From assembly GCA_900234795.1 (NCBI GenBank), contig LT962688.1, forward strand, positions 3,750,001-3,782,000: 32,000 bases of DNA, read 5' to 3'. Origin of the DNA: Methylorubrum extorquens (lineage in GTDB: Bacteria; Pseudomonadota; Alphaproteobacteria; Rhizobiales; Beijerinckiaceae). Position numbers and translations under genes: made by a program. Positions 13,784 to 22,900 of this stretch are shown piece by piece; the stretch's first letter is position 1, and each line of letters starts with the position of its first letter. The notes under the pieces are model-generated. The model was not told the DNA's origin, ran no database searches, and saw only the letters and a list, made by a program, of their open reading frames with translations.

Positions 13784-15916
13784 ATGAGCGACGCTGCGCC
13801 CCTGGACCGAACTGAGAGACCTCCGACACGCCTTCGCGTGTCAGGGATGGATTGTGCCTCCTGTGCGGCCAAGGTCGAGACGGCCGTGCGGCGCTTGCCG
13901 GGCATCGAGGAGATCCAGGTCTCGGTCGCGACGGAGACGCTTACGGTTCGGCACGGCCCGGGCACCAGCGCCGGGGCCATCGCCGCGACGGTGCGCGGGC
14001 TCGGCTACGGTGCTGAGGACCCCGACGCCGTCCCTGTGGCGGGAGGTCTGGACGCGCCTTGGTGGCGGGCCCCCAAGAGCCTGCTGGCATTCGCCTGCGG
14101 AGCCGCTCTGGTGCTGGCCTACGCGGTTGGGCATGCCGCACCGGCGACCGAGCGTTGGGCCTTCCTCGCTGCCATGGCGGTTGGCTTGGTGCCGATTGGC
14201 CGGCGGGCAGTCTCGGCGGCCCGGCACGGCACGCCGTTCTCCATCGAGACGCTGATGACGGTGGCGGCCATCGGCGCGACCGCCATCGGGGCGACCGAGG
14301 AGGCGGCGACCGTCGTCTTCCTGTTCCTGGTCGGCGAGGTGCTGGAGGGCGTCGCCGCCGGCCGGGCCCGGGCGAGCATCCGCGGCCTCACCGGCCTGGT
14401 GCCGGACACGGCCCTGCGGGAGAGCGGCGGGGCAACGGAGCGCGTGCCCGCTGCCAGCCTGCGGGTCGGGGCGACCGTGCTGGTGCGGCCGGGGGACCGC
14501 GTGCCGGCGGACGGCACCGTCGTCGAGGGCGAGAGCGCCGTCGACGAGGCGCCGGTCACTGGCGAGAGCGTGCCCAGGCGAAAGGCACCGGGCGACGCGG
14601 TGTTCGCCGGCACGGTCAACGGCGACGGGGCGCTGCGCGTCCGGGTGACCGCGGCAGCGCGGGACAACACCATCGCCCGGGTCGTGCGCCTGGTGGAGGA
14701 GGCGCAGGAAGCGAAGGCACCGACCGAGCGCCTGATCGACCGGTTCTCCAAGGTCTACACCCCGGCCGTGGTCGCGGTGGCTGCCTGGGTCGCCGTACTG
14801 CCGCCGCTCCTTCTCGGGGCCCCGTGGGACGAATGGGTCTACAAGGGGCTGGCCATCCTGCTGATCGGCTGCCCGTGTGCCCTGGTCATCTCGACCCCGG
14901 CCGCCATCGCGGCCGGCCTCTCGGCCGGCGCCCGCCGGGGCCTGCTCATCAAGGGCGGAGCCGTCCTGGAGCGGCTGGCCACCGTGACGACGGTCGCCTT
15001 CGATAAGACCGGCACCCTGACCGAGGGCAAGCCGGTCGTGACGGACGTGGTCACGTTCGGCCGGCCCGAGCGGGACGTGCTCTCGCTGGCCGGCGCGCTG
15101 GAGAGCGGCTCCTCGCACCCGCTCGCCCGAGCCGTGCTGGCCAAGGCCGCCGAGGCCGGGGCGCCCGTGCCTCCGGCGTTCGGGGCGACTGCGCTGGGCG
15201 GCAAGGGCGTCGCCGGCAAGGTGGGTGGGCTCGACCTGTTCCTCGGCTCGCCGCGGGAAGCCGCGGTCCGCTCCGCGTTCTCTCCGGAGCAGGAAGCGCG
15301 AGTCTCCGCCCTGAACGCCGAGGGCAAGACCGTGGCCGCCCTGGTGGTGAACGGCGCCCTGGCCGGACTGCTCGCCATGCGGGACGAGGCGCGGGCCGAC
15401 GCGAGGGCCGGAGTCGATCGTCTGGCCGCCGCGGGAGTCGGCGCCGTCATGCTCACCGGCGACAACGCGCGCACCGCCCAGGCGGTGGCCGGCGCGCTCG
15501 GCATCGAGGCCCGGGCCGAGCTCCTGCCGGAGGACAAGCAGCGGATCGTGCGCGAGCTCCAGGCCGGCGGCGCGGTGGTCGCGAAGGTGGGCGACGGCAT
15601 CAACGACGCCCCGGCGCTCGCGGCCGCCGACGTCGGCATCGCGATGGGCGGGGGGACGGACGTCGCGTTGGAGACGGCCGACGCCGCGGTCCTGCACGGC
15701 CGCGTCGCCGACGTGGCGCGGATGGTCGAGCTCGCTCGCCGGACGCTCGCCAACATCCGGGCCAACATCGCCATCGCGCTCGGCCTGAAGGCGGTGTTCC
15801 TGGTGACGACGATCATGGGCGTGACCGGGCTCTGGCCGGCCATCCTCGCCGATACCGGCGCCACCGTTCTGGTGACAGCGAACGCGCTGCGGCTGCTGGG
15901 CTTGAGACTCGGTTAA
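13784..15916 (+). CDS. zntA: P1B-type heavy-metal ATPase, Zn/Cd/Pb (ZntA/CadA) subtype
   Basis: N-terminal HMA domain GMDCASCAAKVE, TM6 CPC (LIGCPCALVISTP), DKTGTLT, GDGINDAPALA, and last-TM ILADTGATVLVTANALRLL (the ZntA-type Asp). Start placed at ATG 13784, downstream of the -10 at 13749-54. ATG 13766 is an alternative. Confidence 0.93.
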   Translation: MSDAAPLDRTERPPTRLRVSGMDCASCAAKVETAVRRLPGIEEIQVSVATETLTVRHGPGTSAGAIAATVRGLGYGAEDPDAVPVAGGLDAPWWRAPKSLLAFACGAALVLAYAVGHAAPATERWAFLAAMAVGLVPIGRRAVSAARHGTPFSIETLMTVAAIGATAIGATEEAATVVFLFLVGEVLEGVAAGRARASIRGLTGLVPDTALRESGGATERVPAASLRVGATVLVRPGDRVPADGTVVEGESAVDEAPVTGESVPRRKAPGDAVFAGTVNGDGALRVRVTAAARDNTIARVVRLVEEAQEAKAPTERLIDRFSKVYTPAVVAVAAWVAVLPPLLLGAPWDEWVYKGLAILLIGCPCALVISTPAAIAAGLSAGARRGLLIKGGAVLERLATVTTVAFDKTGTLTEGKPVVTDVVTFGRPERDVLSLAGALESGSSHPLARAVLAKAAEAGAPVPPAFGATALGGKGVAGKVGGLDLFLGSPREAAVRSAFSPEQEARVSALNAEGKTVAALVVNGALAGLLAMRDEARADARAGVDRLAAAGVGAVMLTGDNARTAQAVAGALGIEARAELLPEDKQRIVRELQAGGAVVAKVGDGINDAPALAAADVGIAMGGGTDVALETADAAVLHGRVADVARMVELARRTLANIRANIAIALGLKAVFLVTTIMGVTGLWPAILADTGATVLVTANALRLLGLRLG

Positions 15917-16155
15917 GCGGGGATTAGCCCTTCCGACCTTGGCAAGCGCGGACAAGGGGGCCTGCGGAACGAGGCGACCTCGTGGGTGCTGTCCAGGGCC
16001 GCGGTCGCCTCGTTCTTGGTGAGCCACTCGGGTGTCTTCGCGCCAGCTCCGCCGATGCGGCGGCGGTCGGCCCATACGCGCGCCAGGGACGCGGACCTGC
16101 CGCGGGCGGCATTTTCGCCCTGAGACTGCGCGGCCGCCCCTTCGTCTCGCGTCAT
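15913..16155 (-). CDS. Hypothetical small protein (80 aa) downstream of the Abi-like gene
   Basis: ATG 16155 preceded by GAGGAA about 6 nt upstream. Roughly four fifths of third positions are G/C by hand count. No recognisable motif (MTRDEGAAAQSQGENAARGRSASLARVWADRRRIGG...). The 3' end overlaps the ATPase stop codon. Confidence 0.35.
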   Translation of the reverse strand: MTRDEGAAAQSQGENAARGRSASLARVWADRRRIGGAGAKTPEWLTKNEATAALDSTHEVASFRRPPCPRLPRSEGLIPA

Positions 16156-16259
16156 GGCGGTCGTTCCTCGCGGATGGGCCGAGGATGCGGCACCGCGCAG
16201 CAAGCGACCACGGTTCGCCTTGACGCCGGACGGCCTGGCCAAGTGGCCTCGGGCCAGGA

Positions 16260-17126
16260 TCAGCGACCGAGCGACGCCGATGCGGGGCGCGTCTCCGGCA
16301 AAGCGCCGGCATCCGGCCCGGCCTGTGCTGGGTTGCCGGCGTCCGCACCGACGGGACCGGCACCTGCGTCGGGCCGCTCGTTGATGACGGCGGCCACCCG
16401 GGACACGGAGGTCACCCACTGCGCCGTCGTCGGGCAGCACCAGCGGATCAGGTCCAGCGCGTCGGCATGGTGTTTGGTCGGCCCCTTGTCGAAGATGGCG
16501 CGGTGATGCGCGATGCGGTTGCGCCAGCGCCGGACGCTCTCGATCAGGCCGTGCAGGTCCTCGCGGCCCTTGCCGTTCGGGGTGCCGGGGAAGCTGAAGC
16601 GGATGCCCTTGGGCCAGAGATACCGCTCGAAGCGCTTGGTGGTCAGGTGTTCCCAGAACCCGAAGGTCAGCGCGGAGACGACGTGATGGCAGGTGAAGGC
16701 GTCGCGGTGCTGAGCGCGCTCGTCGTCCACCGCGTCCCGCAACTCCCGCTCGAAGCGTTTGTCGAGGATGCCCAGGAAGACCGCGTTGTCGTACCATTGC
16801 TCCTTGGCCCGGAAGAGCAGGGCCCTGTGGACGGCGTTCCGGCAGATCACCTCGGCGTAATGCAGCGAGGGGTGGAAGGCTTCCGAAAGAGCGTTGTTCC
16901 AGAGATAGAAGCCGAAGGCGGCGCCGTGGTCGCCGCCGGCGGCCGGCATGTACCGCTCGATCCGATGGACCTGAACGGCGGCGAGAATTTTTGCGAGGGA
17001 GGCGTCGTCAGGAGCGTTCACGGCTTGCAACTTTCGGCGCCCCCCGGTAGTTATTGGACCGTGAGCTGCGGACAGGTTGCCCCTGGAGATCCTAGTTGAT
17101 CTACCTTGGACCCCTCCCGTGGACAA
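16260..17126 (-). CDS. Abi_2 (AbiD/AbiF-like) abortive-infection-family protein; start uncertain (TTG 17126 or GTG 17021)
   Basis: Blocks resemble the Abi_2 family: FGFYLWNNALSEAFHPSLHYAEVICRNAVHRAL, VVSALTFGFWEHL, LIESVRRWRNRIAHHRAIF, LIRWCCPTTAQWV. Confidence 0.7.
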   Translation of the reverse strand: MSTGGVQGRSTRISRGNLSAAHGPITTGGRRKLQAVNAPDDASLAKILAAVQVHRIERYMPAAGGDHGAAFGFYLWNNALSEAFHPSLHYAEVICRNAVHRALLFRAKEQWYDNAVFLGILDKRFERELRDAVDDERAQHRDAFTCHHVVSALTFGFWEHLTTKRFERYLWPKGIRFSFPGTPNGKGREDLHGLIESVRRWRNRIAHHRAIFDKGPTKHHADALDLIRWCCPTTAQWVTSVSRVAAVINERPDAGAGPVGADAGNPAQAGPDAGALPETRPASASLGR

Positions 17127-17131
17127 GATCA

Positions 17132-17164
17132 GAAGGCGGGCCTCCGAAAGGGGGCGCCGCCTTC
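17132..17164 (+). terminator. Orphan intrinsic-terminator-like hairpin
   Basis: gaaggcgggcctcc / GAAA / gggggcgccgccttc forms about a 14-bp stem with one bulge, followed by actcttttctg. No plus-strand gene ends upstream of it. Confidence 0.4.
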
Positions 17165-17476
17165 ACTCTTTTCTGAACATGTTGTTAACGCTCCAAGAGC
17201 GTTCAAGCTGTATCGGCGAAAGCGCATGGATCTTTCCAACGTAGGGGAAGACTTGCCAGAGAAGGTCTGCGGGGCTCGCTTATAGTTGCCCTGGCGGCAT
17301 CTCGTCGCTTCCAAACCTGCCCGGAACGCGCCCGCCGCATGAATCGGATAGGGCTTGGCTCAGAGGGTTCGGACCTCGGTTTCATCCTCGAACCGGTGCA
17401 TCTCAGGGAGAGCGGACGCCGCGGTTCACGGCTGCCCTGCGGTTGGTGAACGCCCCCCGGCACCGCGTTTCAGCCC

Positions 17477-17507
17477 TTGACCTTCCCACCATGGGAAGCC
17501 TCATACG
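17477..17507 (+). promoter_or_regulatory. CueR-type MerR promoter/operator
   Basis: TTGACC (17477-82), 19-nt spacer with ACCTTCC-N7-GGAAGCC (palindrome CTTCCCA-CCA-TGGGAAG, 17482-17498), -10 CATACG. Same layout as the E. coli copA promoter as I recall it. Confidence 0.6.
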
Positions 17508-17587
17508 AGCATGACCTGGGACCTGGGCGTTCCTGAAAGGGTCGCGACGGCCTTCCGCGCCGGCCCGGAATTTGGCATCGTGGATTC

Positions 17588-17983
17588 GTGACGTTCTGGC
17601 TCGCCCTTCGGCGGCTGCTCCCGCTCCTTGCGGTCCTCAGCCTCGCCCTCGCGCCGGTGACCGCTTCCGCGGCCGCCGCGGGAATGGGTGCCTCGATGTC
17701 CGTGACCGCCGACCATCACGCGACGGCGGGCACGAGCGCCGACGACATGGCCGGGATGGCCATGGACGACATGCCCTGCTGCCCCGACGAGAAGCCGGCC
17801 ATGCCGGACTGCTCCAAGGCTTGCCCGCTGATGGCGCTCTGCCTGGCCAAGGTCGCTCCTGGCCTGCCGACGGGCGCCGGCCTGCCGGTGCTCGTCTCGA
17901 ACGTGGCCGAGGTTGGCTGGGGCGGCGACGCCTCGTTCGCGAGCCTGGCGCAGGCACCCCCTTCCGAGCCTCCACGGGCCTGA
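17588..17983 (+). CDS. Small exported/anchored Met/His/Cys protein with C-terminal PPSEPPRA tail
   Basis: GTG start. Signal/anchor MTFWLALRRLLPLLAVLSLALAPVTASA, then ADHHATAGTSADDMAGMAMDDMPCCPDEKPAMPDCSKACPLMALC and the tail APPSEPPRA. First gene after the CueR-type box. Confidence 0.6.
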   Translation: MTFWLALRRLLPLLAVLSLALAPVTASAAAAGMGASMSVTADHHATAGTSADDMAGMAMDDMPCCPDEKPAMPDCSKACPLMALCLAKVAPGLPTGAGLPVLVSNVAEVGWGGDASFASLAQAPPSEPPRA

Positions 17984-18064
17984 ACCCGATGCCGCCGGCA
18001 TGAGCGCCGGCACGATGCCGCGCGCCCGCGTGCGGCCCGCAATCGCGTTCAGGAGACATCACCC

Positions 18065-18469
18065 GTGACCAAGAACCCCCTCGTGCGCGCCATGGCGGCC
18101 GCGCTGCTCGGCGCCGCGCTGTCGGCACCGGCTTTTCCGGCGCTCGCCGACATCAAGGACTACCGCTTCGAGCTCGTGCAGCAGGAGGCGAAGGTCGGCG
18201 AGGCCGTCATCGCCGTCCGGCTCGTCGACAAGCGCAGCGGCAAGCCGGTGCCCGACGCCGTGGTCTTCGCCAAGCGCCTCGACATGGCCCCCGACGCCAT
18301 GGAGGAGATGGCCACCAAGGTCGAGCAGGTCCCCTCGACCGAGCCGGGCGTCTACCGCTTCAAGGCCAAGCTCTCGATGCAGGGCCGTTGGCGCCTGTCG
18401 CTGGCCGCGAAGGTTCAGGGCGAGACCGGCACGGTCGAGGACAAGCTGGTCCTTCAGGCCGCGAAATGA
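18065..18469 (+). CDS. Periplasmic FixH/YtkA-like small protein
   Basis: SD AGGAGA. Signal peptide ending PALA|D. DIKDYRFELVQQEAKVGEAVIAVRLVDKRSGKPVPDAVVF...GVYRFKAKLSMQGRWRLSLAAKVQGE matches the pattern of FixH-family proteins found next to Cu/Ag adaptors. The stop overlaps the next start (ATGA). Confidence 0.65.
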   Translation: MTKNPLVRAMAAALLGAALSAPAFPALADIKDYRFELVQQEAKVGEAVIAVRLVDKRSGKPVPDAVVFAKRLDMAPDAMEEMATKVEQVPSTEPGVYRFKAKLSMQGRWRLSLAAKVQGETGTVEDKLVLQAAK

Positions 18470-19989
18470 CCCGCCCGGCATGGCTCGCCGGGCCCCTCGC
18501 CGCGCTCGCGGCGGGGGGGCTCGGCTATTGGGCGGGGCACGGGGGCATTCCCGTGCCGGCACTCGTCAAACGGGCCGGGTCCGAGCTCGTGCCCGCGCTT
18601 GTCGAGCGGGCGCGGGCCGGCTTCGCGCACTGGATGCCGGACGCCCGTCCGGCCCGGCAGGGGCCGGCACCCCAGGTTCCGGCCCCTGCCGGGCCGGTGG
18701 TCTACTACCGAGATCCGGACGGGAAGCCGGTCTACTCGGCCTCGCCGATGCTAACCGGGGACGGGCGCGAGTTCCGGGCAGTCCACGCGAGCGAGGACGT
18801 TCGCATCGACGCCGACGACCCCGGCGCCATGTCCGCTGACATGGCCGAGCACGGCACGGCGCACGACAAAGCGGCCGGCGGCGCCCGGCGGGTCCTCTAC
18901 TACCGCAACCCGATGGGGCTGCCGGACACCTCGCCGGTGCCGAAGAAGGACTCGATGGGGATGGACTACGTCCCCGTTTACGCAGGTGAGGACGAGGGCG
19001 GCGTCGTGACGGTCTCGCCCGCCAAGGTCCAGCGCACCGGCGTGCGCACCGCGGCGGTTGAGCGGCGGATCGTCTCCCAGCCGGTGCGCGTGCCCGGCAC
19101 GGTTGCGCTCGACGAGCGCCGCGTCACCGTCGTGGCGACGCGCTCGGACGCCTACGTCGACTACGTCGAAAGCGTCACCACCGGCGACCGCGTCCGCAAG
19201 GGCCAGCCCCTGGTCCACGTCTACTCGCCCGAGATCAACGCGGCCGCCGCCCAGCTCATCGCCAACCCCGGCTTCGACGGGGCCCGGCGGCGTCTGCAGA
19301 ACCTCAACGTCTCGGAACCCGTCATCGACGAGATGGAGCGCACCCGGAAAGTGCCGATGGCCATCACGTGGTCCTCGCCCCGAGACGGCCTCGTCCTGCA
19401 GCGGACCGCCGTCGAGGGCATGAAGGCCGCGGCCGGCGACACTCTGTTCCGGATCGGCGACATCTCCCTGATGTGGGTGCTGGCCGACGTGCCCGAGCGC
19501 GACCTTGCGGGGGTCCGCGTGGGCCAGCCCGTCAGCGTGCGGCTACGCTCTGCGCCAGGGCGGACCTTCTCCGGCAAGGTGGCAATCGTCTACCCACAGG
19601 TGAACCCGGAGACCCGGGCCACCCGGGTACGCATCGAGCTCGCGAACCCGGACGGCACGCTGCTCCCTGACATGTACGCCGATGTCGAGATCGCGACCGG
19701 GGCGCCGAGCCCGGTGGTGGCGGTCCCGGATGACGCCGTCATCGACACGGGCGAGCGCCAGGTGGTCCTGCTCGACCGTGGCGAGGGCCGCTTCGAGCCG
19801 AAGGAGGTCAAGGTCGGCGTGCGCGGCGGCGGCTACGTCGAGGTGCGCGAGGGCGTCACGGCCGGCGACCGGGTGGTCACGGCGGCGAACTTCCTGATCG
19901 ACGCCGAGAGCAACTTGAAGGCGGCGCTCCAGTCCATGACCGTCCCGAAAGACGACCGGCAGGCTTCGAGCTCGGGAGGCACGCCGTGA
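18466..19989 (+). CDS. cusB: Cu(I)/Ag(I) RND periplasmic adaptor, CusB-like
   Basis: Start at ATG 18466 overlaps the upstream stop. TM anchor, then YYRDPDGKPVYS and LYYRNPMGLPDTSPVPKKDSMGMDYVPVY (CusB-like N-terminal metal-site region), then adaptor barrel/lipoyl-like sequence. The stop overlaps the cusA GTG (GTGA). Confidence 0.9.
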   Translation: MTRPAWLAGPLAALAAGGLGYWAGHGGIPVPALVKRAGSELVPALVERARAGFAHWMPDARPARQGPAPQVPAPAGPVVYYRDPDGKPVYSASPMLTGDGREFRAVHASEDVRIDADDPGAMSADMAEHGTAHDKAAGGARRVLYYRNPMGLPDTSPVPKKDSMGMDYVPVYAGEDEGGVVTVSPAKVQRTGVRTAAVERRIVSQPVRVPGTVALDERRVTVVATRSDAYVDYVESVTTGDRVRKGQPLVHVYSPEINAAAAQLIANPGFDGARRRLQNLNVSEPVIDEMERTRKVPMAITWSSPRDGLVLQRTAVEGMKAAAGDTLFRIGDISLMWVLADVPERDLAGVRVGQPVSVRLRSAPGRTFSGKVAIVYPQVNPETRATRVRIELANPDGTLLPDMYADVEIATGAPSPVVAVPDDAVIDTGERQVVLLDRGEGRFEPKEVKVGVRGGGYVEVREGVTAGDRVVTAANFLIDAESNLKAALQSMTVPKDDRQASSSGGTP

Positions 19990-22900
19990 TCGCGCGCCTC
20001 ATCGGCTGGTCGGCCCGCAACCTCGTCCTGGTGCTCGTCGGGACCGTGTTCGCGGTCGGGGCAGGCGTCCTGGCGCTCAGGACCCTGCCGCTCGACGCCA
20101 TCCCCGACCTCTCGGACGTGCAGGCCATCGTCTACACCGAGTACCCGGGCCAAGCGCCCCAGGTCGTGGAGGATCAAGTCACCTACCCCTTGAGCACCGC
20201 CATGTTGACGGTGCCGAAGGCGAAGGTCGTGCGCGGCTTCTCGTTCTTCGGCGTGTCCTTCGTCTACGTGATCTTCGAGGACGGCACCGACCCGTACTGG
20301 GGCCGCTCGCGCGTGCTCGAATACCTTAACGCCGCGGCGAGCCGCCTGCCGGCCGGCGCCACGCCGACCCTAGGGCCCGACGCGACTGGGGTGGGCTGGG
20401 TCTACCAGTACGTCGTGGTCGCCAAGGAGCGCACGCTCGCCGAGCTTCGCTCGCTGCAGGACTGGGTCATCCGCTTCGGGGCCTCGCGCGCCGAGGGCGT
20501 GGCAGAGGTCGCCGGCGTCGGCGGCTTCGTGAAGCAGTACAACGTCGTCGTCGACCCGAACCGCCTGCGTGCCCAGGGCATCTCGCTCAACAAGCTCCGG
20601 GACGCCATCCGGGCGAGCAACGCCGACGTCGGCGGCCGGACGGTCGAGCTCTCCGAGTTCGAGTTTATGGTGCGCGGGCGCGGCTATCTGCGGAACGTCG
20701 CCGACATCGAAAACATCGTGCTGAAGACCTCGGCCGGCACGCCACTCCGGATCCGGGACGTCGCCCGGGTCGAGCTCGGGCCGGACGAGCGGCGCGGCAT
20801 CACCGAGATGAACGGCGAGGGCGAGGTCGCCGGCGGCATCGTCCTTCAGCGGTTCGGGGCGAACGCCCTCAACGTGATCGAAGGGGTGAAGGCGAAGCTC
20901 GCGGAGGTCGCCAAGAGCCTGCCGGCGGGCACAGAGATCCTGCCGGTCTACGACCGCTCGCAGCTCATCGACGCGGCTATCGAGACGCTCAAGGGCACGC
21001 TCGTCGAGGAGAGCATCGTCGTCTCGCTCGTCTGCGTCGTCTTCCTGCTCCACGTGCGGAGCGCCCTGGTGGCCATCCTGATGCTGCCGGTCGGCATCCT
21101 GATGGCCTTGGCGAGCATGAAGGCGCTCGGAATCGGCGCCAACATCATGTCTCTCGGCGGCATCGCCATCGCGGTCGGCGCCATGGTCGACGCCGCCATC
21201 GTGATGATCGAGAACGCCCACAAGCACCTGGAGCGGGCGCCGCCGGGCAAGCCGCGGGTCGAGATCCTGGTCGAGGCGGCGTCCGAGGTCGGCCCCTCCC
21301 TGTTCTTCTCGCTCCTCGTCATCACGGTCTCGTTCCTGCCGATCTTCACCCTAGAGAGCCAGGAGGGGCGGCTGTTCGGGCCGCTCGCCTACACCAAGAC
21401 CTTCGCCATGGCGGCCGCCGCCCTCCTGTCGGTCACCCTGGTGCCGGCGCTCATGGTGCTGTTCGTGCGCGGGCGCATCTTCCCCGAGCACCGCAACCCG
21501 CTGAACCGTCTCCTCATCTGGCTCTATCGGCCGCTCATCGCCGGGGTGCTGCGGGCCCGGGTCCTGACCATCCTGCTGGCGGTCGGCGTGCTGGCGGCGA
21601 CCGCTTGGCCGGCCCGGCAGCTCGGCTCCGAGTTCATGCCGGAGCTGAACGAGGGGACGCTGCTCTACATGCCGACGACCCTGCCCGGTATCTCGGTGAC
21701 GAAGGCCGGCGAGCTGCTCGCCACGCAGGACCGCATCATCAAGTCCTTCCCTGAGGTCGCCTCGGTCTACGGCAAGGCGGGACGCGCCAACACCGCGACC
21801 GACCCGGCGCCGATGGAGATGTTCGAGACGGTGATCACGCTGAAGCCGAGGGCCGAGTGGCGCCCGGGCGTGACGCTGGCGAGCCTCAAGGCCGAGATGG
21901 ACGCGGCCCTGCAGTTCCCGGGCGTGTCGAATGCCTGGACCCAGCCGATCCGCGCCCGCATCGACATGCTTTCCACCGGCATCCGCACGCCCGTGGGCGT
22001 GAAGGTGCTGGGCACCGACCTGAAGGAGATGGAAGGCGTCGCCCGCCAGGTCGAGGCGGTGCTCCGGGCCGTGCCCGGCACGTCTAGCGCCTACGCCGAG
22101 CGGGTCATCGGCGGCTACTTCCTCGACATCGCGCCGGACCGCGAGGCGCTCGGGCGCTACGGCCTGACGGTCGGGGACGTGCAGGACGTCGTCGCGACTG
22201 CGCTCGGCGGGCAGGCGGTGACGAACACCGTCGAAGGCCGGGAGCGCTACACCGTCAACGTGCGCTACCCGCGCGCCTACCGGTCGGACCCGCAAGCCAT
22301 CGCCGACGAGGTGCAGGTGCTGATGCCGGCGGGCGGCACGGTGCCGCTCCGCGAGGTGGCCAAGGTCGAGCTCACCCGCGGCCCGACCTCGATCCGGACC
22401 GAGAACGGGCAGCTCGCGGTCTACGTCTTCGTCGACATCTCGGGGCGCGACCTCGGCGGTTACGTGGCCGAGGCCCGCAAGGTCGTCACCGACGAAATCA
22501 AGCTGCCCCAGGGCACCACGCTGCAATGGAGCGGGCAGTACGAGTACCTGGAGCGGGCGGAGGCGCGGCTGAGGGTCGTGGTGCCGTTGACGCTGCTGGT
22601 CGTGTTCCTGCTGCTCTACCTCAACTTCCGGCGGCTCACCGAGACGCTCATCGTCATGCTGTCGCTGCCCTTCGCGCTCGTCGGCGGGGTCTGGATGCTC
22701 TGGTGGCTTGGGTTCAACCTATCAGTCGCGGTGGCGGTCGGCTTCATCGCGCTCGCCGGCGTCGCCGCGGAGACCGGCGTGATCATGCTGGTTTACCTCG
22801 ACCATGCCCTCCACGAGGTCCAGGCCGGGTGCGCCCGTGCAGGCCGGCCGCTCACCCGCGCGGACTTGCGGCAGGCCATCATGGTCGGCGCGGTCGAGCG

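Noticed and set aside
13841-16363. 840-aa ORF on the minus strand, the longest ORF in this area
   Set aside because: It is antisense to the P-type ATPase, whose motifs (CPC, DKTGT, GDGINDAP) are unambiguous. Its translation is Arg/Gly/Pro/Asp-rich low-complexity sequence, typical of shadow ORFs in very G+C-rich DNA.
15913-16797. 294-aa minus-strand ORF
   Set aside because: Its upstream two thirds overlap the Abi_2-like ORF in a different frame and are Arg/Pro-rich. Only the last 80 codons (from ATG 16155, which has an SD) were kept, as a low-confidence small ORF.
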